DNA from: an uncultured Candidatus Saccharibacteria bacterium
GTDB taxonomy: Bacteria; Patescibacteriota; Minisyncoccia; Phycocordibacterales; UBA9973
NCBI GenBank assembly: GCA_964456475.1
Contig: CAYVZI010000003.1
Span: 14,092 to 78,091, forward strand
Direction of reading: 5' to 3'
Length of the DNA stretch: 64,000 nucleotides
Shown: piece after piece, positions 37,812-47,123 of the stretch
Layout: each line of letters opens with the position of its first letter
Position numbering within the stretch: position 1 is the stretch's first letter
Made by a program: the position numbers and the translations under genes
The notes under the pieces: model-generated
What the model was told of the DNA's origin: nothing
The model's input: only the letters and a program-made list of their open reading frames with translations
Database searches by the model: none

Positions 37812-38345
37812 ATGGAAATATTAGATATCGTAAACGAAAACGACGAAGTAATCGGACAAGAAGACCGAAAGGTTATTCACCAGGAAGGATTATTACATCG
37901 TGAAATTCATGTATGGCTTGTTACACCTGACGGCAAAATAATTTTTCAAAAACGAGGAATGCATAAAGATACATATCCAGGACTTTTAGATGCAACAGTT
38001 GGTGGCCATGTTGACCTAGGTGAATCATATGAAGATGCTGCTCTCCGAGAAACACAGGAAGAAACCGGACTCAGTTTATATCAATCAGATTTAAAATTTA
38101 TTAAAAAAGAATTTTCAAAATCATTTGATTCTATTACCGGAATGAAGAATCATAAATTTAGCTCAATTTATACATATTTATTTCCAGATGACCTTGAAAA
38201 ACTTAAACTTGAAGATGCTGGAGCTTTAGGTTTTGAATCTTTTTCTATTGAAAAACTCAAAAACCTTTCAGACGAAGAAAAGAAAATGTTTATACCAAGA
38301 TTTCTTACCGAAGAATATTTAGAATTTTTTGAAACCATCGTATGA
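37812..38345 (+). CDS. NUDIX hydrolase (IDI-like)
   Basis: LLHREIHV, GGHVDLGESYEDAALRETQEETG. Confidence 0.9.
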   Translation: MEILDIVNENDEVIGQEDRKVIHQEGLLHREIHVWLVTPDGKIIFQKRGMHKDTYPGLLDATVGGHVDLGESYEDAALRETQEETGLSLYQSDLKFIKKEFSKSFDSITGMKNHKFSSIYTYLFPDDLEKLKLEDAGALGFESFSIEKLKNLSDEEKKMFIPRFLTEEYLEFFETIV

Positions 38346-38764
38346 GGATTAAGATTAAAAAAATGAAAGATGGGGCGAAGTTGCCGACATATGCAAAACC
38401 GGGAGATGTGGGGATGGATATGTATGCGATGGAGACAGTGACGATTCCACCACAAGGGCATCATATTTTTTGGCATGGTTTTGCAATGGAATTCGATGAA
38501 GGATTCGCGGCGATTGTGAAAGACAAATCAAGTATTTCAAAAGCCGGATTGCATACAATGGGTGGAGTTTTCGATGCTGGATATCGTGGGGAATACAATA
38601 CTCATCTCGTAAATCTCTCTAGTGATCCATACACAGTGGAAGAGGGTGACAAAATAGCTCAACTCATCATCTATCCTGTGGTTATTGCAGAATTGGAGGA
38701 AACTGATACTCTGAGTGAGTCAGAACGTGGGGCAGGTGGCTTCGGCTCGACAGGCAAGAAATGA
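38342..38764 (+). CDS. dut: dUTP diphosphatase
   Basis: GVFDAGYRGE, ERGAGGFGSTG. Confidence 0.96.
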   Translation: MRIKIKKMKDGAKLPTYAKPGDVGMDMYAMETVTIPPQGHHIFWHGFAMEFDEGFAAIVKDKSSISKAGLHTMGGVFDAGYRGEYNTHLVNLSSDPYTVEEGDKIAQLIIYPVVIAELEETDTLSESERGAGGFGSTGKK

Positions 38765-38780
38765 CCTGTGCACTCGACAG

Positions 38781-38809
38781 GTCATCCCAGACTTGATCTG
38801 GGATCCAGG
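38781..38809. repeat. GTCATTCC-type palindromic unit
   Basis: gtcatcccagacttgatctgggatccagg. Confidence 0.75.
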
Positions 38810-38823
38810 TTTGTATTTGAATT

Positions 38824-40530
38824 ATGAAATCACAACTCGAACAAATTGTAAAAAACGTACTCAAAAATCTTGGCATTGAAGTTGAGAGTGTTGTGCTTGA
38901 ACACCCGGCAGAAATTGCGAATGGGGATTATTCAACGAGTGCGGCTTTGGCGTACGCCAAAGCCGCGCAGGTAAGTCCTCGCGCTCTCGCCGAAAAAATC
39001 GTCGCCGAAATCGAAAACAACAAACCAGCCGAAATCGAAAAAATCGAAATCGCTGGTCCTGGCTTCATCAACTTCTATCTCTCAAAAGAATTTTTTGGAA
39101 ACTCAATCAAAGAAATTCATCAGGAAGAAAAATGGGGTGCAAATAAAACACTTGCCGGCAAAAAGGTCATGGTGGAATATACGCAACCAAATCCATTCAA
39201 ACCTTTTCATATCGGACATCTTATGTCGAATGCAATTGGCGAATCTATTTCTCGTATCGTGGAATTTTCCGGTGCGCACACCATTCGTGCTAACTATCAA
39301 GGTGATGTTGGTCTGCATGTTGGCAAATCCATCTATGGCCTTATCCAGAAAGGGAAGCCCGACTCAAATCTTTCTGTCTCCGAGCAAGCGATATATATAG
39401 GCACATGTTATTCATGGGCTTCTCAGCTTTATGACGAAGATGAAAAAATAAAAGCTGAAATTGATGCAATCAACAAAAAAGTATATGAAAGAAGCGATTC
39501 TGCGATCAACGAATTGTATGACTGGGGGAGAAAGGTAACACTCGATGCCTTTGAAATACTTTACAAAACTCTTGGAACAAAATTTGACTATTATTTTTTT
39601 GAAAGTGAAATGGCGCCGATCGGGGCTAAGATCGTAAAAGAAAATTTGGGAAGGGTTTTTGATGAGTCTGACGGAGCGATTGTTTTTCATGGAGAAAAAT
39701 ATGATCCAAAATTGCATACGCGCGTGTTCATTACAAAACAAGGACTTCCAACATATGAAGCCAAAGAAATAGGCCTCAATATAACAAAATTCGAAAAAGA
39801 GAATCCGGATATCTCAATAACTGAAACTGCTATCGAGCAAGGTGAATATATGAAGGTCGTGACTGCTTCAATTCGTGAGGTCTACCCACAGTATGCCGAT
39901 CACATGCAGCATGTTACGCACGGTATGATGCGACTTGCCGGAGGTAAGATGAGTTCTCGAAAAGGGAATATTATCACCGGTGAATCACTCCTTTCTGATT
40001 CGTACGAAATCGTCAAAGAAAAAATGGCTGAACGCGAATTATCTCCTGAGCAAAGAGAAGTTATCTCTCATCAGGTGGGAATTTCTGCGATCAAATACAC
40101 AATTCTCAAACAACAGCTCGGTGGAAATATTATTTATGATGAAGAAAAGTCTGTTTCGTTTGAAGGTGATTCTGGTCCCTACTTGCAATATACGGCTGTG
40201 CGATCAAATTCTATTTTGGAAAAGGCAAAGAAGGAGGGGGTAGAACCAAGTTATATTTTGCCAGAAAATTGGGAAACTACATCGCTCGAAAAATATTTGT
40301 ATCGATTCCCGGAAGTCGTGCTTTTGGCATATCAAAAACTCGAACCACATGGTATTGCTACGTATCTCGGCGAACTCGCATCAACATTTAATTCATTTTA
40401 CGCACAGCAACAGGTGGTAGATACAACTGATGCTTCATCACCATATCGTGTAGCCCTCGTAGAATCATTCCTCAAAACGATGAAAAATGGTTTGTATCTG
40501 CTTGGTATTGAAGTACCGGACAAAATGTAA
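38824..40530 (+). CDS. argS: Arginine-tRNA ligase
   Basis: PNPFKPFHIGH, KMSSRKG, GDSGPYLQY. Confidence 0.97.
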   Translation: MKSQLEQIVKNVLKNLGIEVESVVLEHPAEIANGDYSTSAALAYAKAAQVSPRALAEKIVAEIENNKPAEIEKIEIAGPGFINFYLSKEFFGNSIKEIHQEEKWGANKTLAGKKVMVEYTQPNPFKPFHIGHLMSNAIGESISRIVEFSGAHTIRANYQGDVGLHVGKSIYGLIQKGKPDSNLSVSEQAIYIGTCYSWASQLYDEDEKIKAEIDAINKKVYERSDSAINELYDWGRKVTLDAFEILYKTLGTKFDYYFFESEMAPIGAKIVKENLGRVFDESDGAIVFHGEKYDPKLHTRVFITKQGLPTYEAKEIGLNITKFEKENPDISITETAIEQGEYMKVVTASIREVYPQYADHMQHVTHGMMRLAGGKMSSRKGNIITGESLLSDSYEIVKEKMAERELSPEQREVISHQVGISAIKYTILKQQLGGNIIYDEEKSVSFEGDSGPYLQYTAVRSNSILEKAKKEGVEPSYILPENWETTSLEKYLYRFPEVVLLAYQKLEPHGIATYLGELASTFNSFYAQQQVVDTTDASSPYRVALVESFLKTMKNGLYLLGIEVPDKM

Positions 40531-40755
40531 TCTAGGGAACAGGGAGAAGGGGTTAGGGAGTAGAAAAATAAAAAACCGACCCTCAATGTGAGAGTCGGCA
40601 AGTTAGAGAAAAGGCACACGTATAACCGCGTCTGCTGGCACGATGTTTAGACACCTTCTTTCGCGAGTAAATAACTAAAAGCCCGAAGAGCCATTAATCT
40701 AAAAATATACTCCTCCCACTTGAAAGTCAAATGAAATATGGTATTCTTTCAATAG

Positions 40756-40941
40756 AAGCGATGAAGGGGCTATCACCCTGGAGCTTGGGGAAGAACATCA
40801 GCTTTGGCTGGTCAGTAGAACCCTATAAATAAGCCCGAAGGAATACCAGAGGGGAAAGAAGGTGGTACCACGATTTCTTATATAAAAAAGAAACCCGTCC
40901 TTGCAATCATGACTTTTGTCGTGATGCGAGGACGGGTTTTT
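40756..40941 (+). ncRNA. T-box riboswitch (Ile, AUC specifier; ultrashort stem I) with terminator
   Basis: aggggctATCaccct stem I, GAAGAAC/CAGTAGAACC stem II, AAGGTGGTACCACG T-box, terminator 40891-40941; upstream of ileS. Confidence 0.9.
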
Positions 40942-41161
40942 AACTTACTTCCTTTAAGTATCTTCTTGTTGTTTTTATGCCATCGTATATGAAAATTACT
41001 ATTGTAATTAAAAAACAAAATGGCCAAACGATACTTAGAAGAATCTTCAAATACCTAGGCATTTTTGGAAGTATTGTATATGTGCTACGAGCTGCAAGTA
41101 TATAAACAATTGCAAGAATAAAACACGCTAAAACCATAAGAAATTTTCTAATACTATACAC
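40940..41161 (-). CDS. Small AT-rich 2-TM protein antisense within the ileS leader
   Basis: 73-aa ORF with two hydrophobic segments and a WP motif. Confidence 0.5.
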   Translation of the reverse strand: MYSIRKFLMVLACFILAIVYILAARSTYTILPKMPRYLKILLSIVWPFCFLITIVIFIYDGIKTTRRYLKEVS

Positions 41162-41186
41162 CTTATTAATAATTTAGTCAAGTATC

Positions 41187-44100
41187 ATGGAAACACCTGA
41201 AAATAAACCTAAATCACCAGCTGCAGAGCGAGAAGAAAAAGTTCTCGGTTTTTGGAAGGAGAACAATGTCTTTGAAAAAACGCTCAAGAAAGATTCGCCC
41301 AAAGGTGAGTTTGTATTCTTCGAAGGTCCACCAACTGCGAACGGTAAGCCTGGTATCCACCACCTTGAAGCTCGTGCTTTCAAAGACGCGATTCCTCGCT
41401 ACAAAACAATGCAAGGATTCCATGTGCGCCGAAAAGGGGGATGGGATACACATGGACTTCCAGTGGAACTTCAAGTAGAAAAAGCACTCGGCCTCAATTC
41501 GAAAAAAGCGATTGAAGAATTCGGCATTGCGAAATTTAACGACAAGTGTAAAGAAAGCGTCTGGCAGTACACCGATCTTTGGGAAAAATTCACTGACCGT
41601 ATCGGTTATTGGGTGGATCAAAAAAATCCTTATGTGACCTATCACAACTCATACATTGAGTCTGTTTGGAATGTCTTGCAGAAGGTAAATGACCAAGGAC
41701 TTGTGTATAAAGATTATCGAATCGTGCCGTGGTGTCCACGCTGTGGAACAGCGCTTTCGTCGCATGAACTTGCACAAGGATATCAGGACGACCGTGACCT
41801 GTCGGTCACGGCCAAGTTTAAAGTTATAAAGTCGAAAGTTGAAAGTCTGGAAAATACGTACGTTCTTGCTTGGACTACGACGCCGTGGACTCTTCCGGGG
41901 AATGTCGCACTTGCGGTGGGGAATGATATTGATTATGTAAAAGTAAAAGTTGGTGAAGAATTTTTGATTCTCGCGGAAGCACGCATTAGCGTGCTTCCGG
42001 AGGGCTTTGAAATTGTAGAAAAAATAAAAGGGAGCGATCTTGTCGGTCTTGAATACGAACCACTTTATCCATATTTGAAAGACAATATTGCTGACTCACA
42101 AAAAGAAAAACTTGAAAAAGCTTTCAAAGTGTATCCAGCAGATTTCGTCACAACCACTGATGGAACAGGAGTTGTGCATACAGCGGTGATGTATGGAGCA
42201 GACGACTTTGAGCTTGGAACCAAGCTTGGTTTGCCGAAGCAACATATGGTAAATCTCGATGGAACGTTTGTTGAATACGCCGATTTTCTTGCGGGACGTT
42301 TTGTAAAAGATGAAGATGTAGCTGTTGATATCATCAAAGACCTCGCGCATCGCGGGCTCTTGTTCAAAAAAGAAAAGTACGAACACTCATATCCACACTG
42401 TTGGCGTTGTAAGACTCCACTCATCTACTACGCGCGAGATTCTTGGTATATCCGCATGAGTGATCCTAAAATCAAAGACCAACTCATCGAAGAAAACAAA
42501 AAAATAAATTGGGAACCATCGTATATCCGCGATGGGCGTTTTGGTGAATGGCTCAAAGATATCAAAGATTGGGCGATTTCTCGTGAACGATATTGGGGAA
42601 CACCACTTCCGATCTGGATGACCGAGAGTGGAAAAATCGAAGTGATTGGCTCACTCGACGAAATGAAAAAGAAGGCAAAGAAGTCTGGTAATACCTACCA
42701 TATCATTCGTCACGGCGAGGCTGATCACAATCTGAAAGGCATGGCGAGTGCCGACCCGAATGAGCCGGTACATCTCACCGAGCTTGGTCGCAAGCAAGTC
42801 GCCGGTCAGGTTTCTAAACTCAAAGAGGCTGGAATCGATCTCATTATTGCGTCACCATTCGTTCGAACACGCGAAACCGCAGACATCATTCGCGAAGGAC
42901 TCGGCGGACAAGTTGAGATACTTTTCGATGAACGTTTGCGAGAGATGGATATTGGAATTTATAACAAAGGTCCATGGAGTAAATACCATGAGGACTTTCC
43001 AAAGACGGTAGAGAATTTCTACAATGGCCCAGAAGGTGGGGAATCATACAATACGGTCAAAGGCTGGATGATGGATTTTATCCACGATGTGGAAATCAAA
43101 TTCCAGAATAGAAAAGTTCTTTTTGTGAGTCATGGCGGTCCATCCTGGCTTCTTATGGCTGGTATACAAGGATTCGGTGCAGAGGAATCGCTCAAGATGA
43201 TTGCGGACAAAAAAGATTTTCATTATTTTGAAAACGCAGAAGTGCGTGAAGTTCCGTATGTGCCATTTCCGCACAACCACAATTGGGAGCTTGATTTGCA
43301 TCGACCATATATTGATCATGTTGAGCTCGTCTCAGAAAATGGCGAGCCAATGAAGCGCGTAAACGAAGTGATGGACGTATGGTTTGACTCAGGGGCAATG
43401 CCGTTTGCGCAAGACCACTATCCATTTGCAACAAAAGATATCTTGTACCCCGCAGACTTCATTTGTGAAGCTATCGACCAGACGCGTGGATGGTTTTATA
43501 CACTCCACGCAGTTGGAATGCTCATGGGTCGTGGTCTCGCGTATAAGAATGTGGTGTGTCTCGGACATATTCTCGACGCAGAAGGGAAGAAGATGAGTAA
43601 GTCGCTTGGCAACATCGTCGACCCATGGGAGATGATTGAAAAGTACGGCGTAGACACGCTTCGTCTCTGGATGTACTCGGTCAATCAGCCAGGTGAATCA
43701 AAAAACTTCGACGAAAAAACAGTGGCCGAATTGCACAACAAAGTATTTAATTTGCTCTACAACGTTCTCGCATTTTATGAACTCTACCGTGATAAAGAAG
43801 TCGAAAGCTCAAAGCCTAAAGCTGAAAGCTCAAACATTCTCGATCAATGGGTTGTGGCTCGACTTAATCAACTGACAGCGACAGTGACGGAGAATCTCGA
43901 TAATTACAAACTCCTTGAACCAGTACGTGCACTTCGAGAATTCATCGACGACCTTTCCACCTGGTACGTGCGTCGCAGTCGCGACCGAATGAAGGACGGC
44001 GATGTTGAAGCAAAACAAACTTTGTATTTTGTGCTTACAACAATTGCAAAACTGATGGCGCCATTCGCGCCGTTTGCCGCCGAAGATATTTGGCTCCGAC

Positions 44101-44606
44101 TTGGCGGCACAAAGAGTGTGCATTTTGAAACTTGGCCAGAAAATGAGTTAAAAGTCGAAAGTCAAAAAGTCTTGGAAGAAATGCAGAAAGTTCGTGAAAT
44201 TGTGACGCTTGGAATGGAAGCACGACAGAAAGCAAAGTTTGCTGTGCGACAACCACTCGCACAGCTCAAAGCTAAAAACTTAAAGCTGAAAGACCAATAC
44301 TTGGAAATCATTCAAGATGAACTCAATGTAAAAAATGTCGTCGAAGATGAGTCGCTTGAAACTGAAGTGTGGCTTGATACAGAAATTACTCCAGAACTTA
44401 AACGCGAAGGGGAGTATCGTGAGCTTGTGCGTGCAATTCAAGACACTCGCAAGAAGCAAGGACTTACACCAAGTGACGTCATTACACTTACTCTTCCAGA
44501 AAATACCAAGGATACAGTCGTGGGTTTTGAAGATGATTTGAAAAAGACGGTGCTTGCCGAGAGTGTCACATTTGCCGGAAGTGAGATTGTAATTGAAAAA
44601 GTGTAA
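41187..44606 (+). CDS. ileS: Isoleucine-tRNA ligase, type 2, with inserted histidine phosphatase domain
   Basis: GPPTANG-PGIHH, WTTTPWTLP, WAISRERYWG, DQTRGWF, KMSKS; insert RHGE..SHGG. Confidence 0.96.
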   Translation: METPENKPKSPAAEREEKVLGFWKENNVFEKTLKKDSPKGEFVFFEGPPTANGKPGIHHLEARAFKDAIPRYKTMQGFHVRRKGGWDTHGLPVELQVEKALGLNSKKAIEEFGIAKFNDKCKESVWQYTDLWEKFTDRIGYWVDQKNPYVTYHNSYIESVWNVLQKVNDQGLVYKDYRIVPWCPRCGTALSSHELAQGYQDDRDLSVTAKFKVIKSKVESLENTYVLAWTTTPWTLPGNVALAVGNDIDYVKVKVGEEFLILAEARISVLPEGFEIVEKIKGSDLVGLEYEPLYPYLKDNIADSQKEKLEKAFKVYPADFVTTTDGTGVVHTAVMYGADDFELGTKLGLPKQHMVNLDGTFVEYADFLAGRFVKDEDVAVDIIKDLAHRGLLFKKEKYEHSYPHCWRCKTPLIYYARDSWYIRMSDPKIKDQLIEENKKINWEPSYIRDGRFGEWLKDIKDWAISRERYWGTPLPIWMTESGKIEVIGSLDEMKKKAKKSGNTYHIIRHGEADHNLKGMASADPNEPVHLTELGRKQVAGQVSKLKEAGIDLIIASPFVRTRETADIIREGLGGQVEILFDERLREMDIGIYNKGPWSKYHEDFPKTVENFYNGPEGGESYNTVKGWMMDFIHDVEIKFQNRKVLFVSHGGPSWLLMAGIQGFGAEESLKMIADKKDFHYFENAEVREVPYVPFPHNHNWELDLHRPYIDHVELVSENGEPMKRVNEVMDVWFDSGAMPFAQDHYPFATKDILYPADFICEAIDQTRGWFYTLHAVGMLMGRGLAYKNVVCLGHILDAEGKKMSKSLGNIVDPWEMIEKYGVDTLRLWMYSVNQPGESKNFDEKTVAELHNKVFNLLYNVLAFYELYRDKEVESSKPKAESSNILDQWVVARLNQLTATVTENLDNYKLLEPVRALREFIDDLSTWYVRRSRDRMKDGDVEAKQTLYFVLTTIAKLMAPFAPFAAEDIWLRLGGTKSVHFETWPENELKVESQKVLEEMQKVREIVTLGMEARQKAKFAVRQPLAQLKAKNLKLKDQYLEIIQDELNVKNVVEDESLETEVWLDTEITPELKREGEYRELVRAIQDTRKKQGLTPSDVITLTLPENTKDTVVGFEDDLKKTVLAESVTFAGSEIVIEKV

Positions 44607-44612
44607 CTTATT

Positions 44613-44690
44613 GTGTCACCCCGGAGTACTCATCCGGGATCCATGAATATTCAAATTTAAATGGATTCCGGATCAAGTCCGGAATGACAC
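44613..44690. repeat. Inverted pair of GTCATTCC-type units
   Basis: gtgtcaccccggagtactcatccgggatccat ... atggattccggatcaagtccggaatgacac. Confidence 0.8.
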
Positions 44691-44697
44691 TACGCAT

Positions 44698-45207
44698 ATG
44701 ACAAATAAAAAACTTATCATCTTTGATTTTGACGGAGTGCTAATTCATACATCACTTTTACCCCAAAAACTTCACCGAACCATACCGGAGGAGATGAAAA
44801 TTCTCATTCGAGAACTGGACGCAAACTACTTGCTTGCGATTGTTTCTGCGAGTGAATATTCTACTATTTCCGATTTTCTTGAAACACAAAATATCAGGAA
44901 TTCTTTTGTGGGGATTCTCGGTGGCAATTCTAATGGAGAAAAGGCTGCAAAAATAGCACAGCTTTTAAGGGAATATGAAATTGCTCCTCAATATACAATT
45001 ATGATTACTGATACGACTGGCGATGTTCGTGAGGCTCGGGAATGTAGCGTTCAATCGATTGCAGTAACATGGGGATTTCATGACAGGGAGCGTCTTAGAC
45101 GGGCAGAACCAGCATTCTATGTAGATACAGTACAAGAACTCGAACACGTAATTGAAACGTATTTTCTAGAACCCAACGAGAATGTACCCATACCGGCGTC
45201 CTCTTGA
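44698..45207 (+). CDS. HAD-family hydrolase (cap largely absent)
   Basis: FDFDGVL, ITDTTGD, VTWGF. Confidence 0.85.
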   Translation: MTNKKLIIFDFDGVLIHTSLLPQKLHRTIPEEMKILIRELDANYLLAIVSASEYSTISDFLETQNIRNSFVGILGGNSNGEKAAKIAQLLREYEIAPQYTIMITDTTGDVREARECSVQSIAVTWGFHDRERLRRAEPAFYVDTVQELEHVIETYFLEPNENVPIPASS

Positions 45208-45245
45208 GGGTAGACCCTAGTCCCTAGAACCTTTATAATGATTAC

Positions 45246-45791
45246 ATGGAAGACATTGCTCATCGCACAAAAGAAGGTCAGGAAATTTTGAAAGACCATC
45301 TTGGCTACATTAAATTAGAGGCAGATGCCTTTTTGGGGGCGCTCAAGGGTTTTCGACGTGACCTCGCGTTGTCTGCAAGGGCGACTGGTGGAATGATTCA
45401 CGGAGAATTCAAGGAGACAGCTACAATCATTGCTGTTCCGCCATTGGTAGATGGTATGAGTTTTGCCGATCTTCGAGCAATGCTTCATATCTGTACAGAG
45501 GCGTTTTTTGGAAAAATCATTGTAGAATCAAGATCTGTACAAAAAGAAGAGATTGAGATTATTCACAAAAACGTGATGGATGTAGCTGATTTTGCTCGAA
45601 GATTGTACGAGACGATCAAGACTGCTGGATTTGAATTCGATGTATTTAATACTCAAAATCTGGAAGCAGAACACATTGAATGTAATATTCTTTTCAATCG
45701 TGATGCGCTGAATGTTGCTATGGAAATTTCTCGCGCGCTTGGTGAATACGCCGTGCGTCTCGATATTGATTTGATGGAAGCAAAAAAGTAA
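45246..45791 (+). CDS. Hypothetical protein
   Basis: 181-aa ORF in operon context. Confidence 0.7.
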   Translation: MEDIAHRTKEGQEILKDHLGYIKLEADAFLGALKGFRRDLALSARATGGMIHGEFKETATIIAVPPLVDGMSFADLRAMLHICTEAFFGKIIVESRSVQKEEIEIIHKNVMDVADFARRLYETIKTAGFEFDVFNTQNLEAEHIECNILFNRDALNVAMEISRALGEYAVRLDIDLMEAKK

Positions 45792-45795
45792 CTAT

Positions 45796-46410
45796 ATGAA
45801 AAAACAAGTTATCGTAATTCATGGAGGAGATTGTTTTGAGACAAAGGAAAAATACCTTTCTTTTTTGCGTAGTTTTGAGATTGACAGTCTTGATTATTTT
45901 TTTGGAACGAGCTGGAAGAGTACACTTCAACAAAATCTCGGAGAGGATTTTCAGGTGGTTGCCCCTCGCATGCCAAATCAATTTGATGCTCGCTATGAGG
46001 AATGGAAGATTTGGTTTGAAAAATTAATTACATTACTCAATAGTGAAGTTGTACTCGTAGGGCATTCGCTGGGAGGAACATTTCTTGCAAAATACCTTGC
46101 AGAAAACACGCTGAGTAAAAAGATAACAAGCCTTCACCTTGTCGCACCTATGTATGATGCCGAAGGAACGAATGATTCTATGTGTGATTTTGTGATGCCT
46201 CAAAACTTAGAAAAAATAACAAATCAGTGTTCATCTGTTTTTATTTATCAGAGTAGCGACGATGAAATTGTTCCACCTTTAAACGCCGAGAAATTTTTGA
46301 AAGCACTACCGGATGCGAAGTTGCTATCATTTTCTGATAGAGGTCATTTCAATCAAGAATCTTTTCCTGAAATTATTGAAAACATCAAAGTTCAAAAGCT
46401 TGAAAGCTAA
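45796..46410 (+). CDS. Alpha/beta hydrolase (RBBP9/YdeN family)
   Basis: IHGG, GHSLGG, DDEIVP, GHF. Confidence 0.9.
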   Translation: MKKQVIVIHGGDCFETKEKYLSFLRSFEIDSLDYFFGTSWKSTLQQNLGEDFQVVAPRMPNQFDARYEEWKIWFEKLITLLNSEVVLVGHSLGGTFLAKYLAENTLSKKITSLHLVAPMYDAEGTNDSMCDFVMPQNLEKITNQCSSVFIYQSSDDEIVPPLNAEKFLKALPDAKLLSFSDRGHFNQESFPEIIENIKVQKLES

Positions 46411-46422
46411 AAAGCTTCCACT

Positions 46423-47010
46423 ATGCATCATATTCACCACACAGAAGCATTTGTGCTCGGTTCGCGGGCAAAAGGGGAGGACTCGAAAATCCTCTTTCTT
46501 TACACGCGCGAATTGGGCCTTGTATATGCTCATGCGCAAGGCATTCGAAAGATTTCTTCAAAGTTGCGATTTACGTTGCAGGATTTTTCGCGTGCACAAA
46601 TAGATCTTGTGCGTGGAAAAGAAATTTGGCGCGTGACGACGGCTTCACCAATTCATTCATACACCCACATATTGCATATCAAGGAAAGCGAGCGCATTCT
46701 TGCTCATGTTTCGTCACTCATTCTTCGCCTGGTGACAGGGGAGGAAGCAAGTGAAGAAATATTCCAGATACTTGTCCGTACGTATGCGTTGCTTGAAACA
46801 GGAGGTAAGTCGCAAGAAGATTTTCGCGCACTCGAACTTCTTTGCGTTGCGCGAATCTTGATCTCTCTCGGATACCTTTCTCGAGCTATACCGGGTGTGG
46901 CGGTCACGTTGGGCGGTGAGGCACAGATACCACAAGAGTTTTCCGATATTGCATATCAACACCGATTGATTCGCGACATCAATCAAGCACTGAGCGAGTC
47001 GCAACTCTAA
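46423..47010 (+). CDS. recO: DNA repair protein RecO
   Basis: TEAFVL..GEDSKIL..TRELG..AQGIRKISSKL. Confidence 0.85.
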   Translation: MHHIHHTEAFVLGSRAKGEDSKILFLYTRELGLVYAHAQGIRKISSKLRFTLQDFSRAQIDLVRGKEIWRVTTASPIHSYTHILHIKESERILAHVSSLILRLVTGEEASEEIFQILVRTYALLETGGKSQEDFRALELLCVARILISLGYLSRAIPGVAVTLGGEAQIPQEFSDIAYQHRLIRDINQALSESQL

Positions 47011-47123
47011 GCACAAAGCCGAAAGCTTAAAGTTGAAAGTGAAATACAAAATTCGTTACGGGTAGAGATTTCATCTTTAGGCTTTGAGCTTTTTTCTCTC
47101 ATTTTATGTGATAAAATGAGCCC

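Noticed and set aside
37227-38764. Alternative genetic code (UGA as Gly, code 25)
   Set aside because: TGA ends genes at their expected C-termini (e.g. dut) and conserved genes are uninterrupted under code 11.
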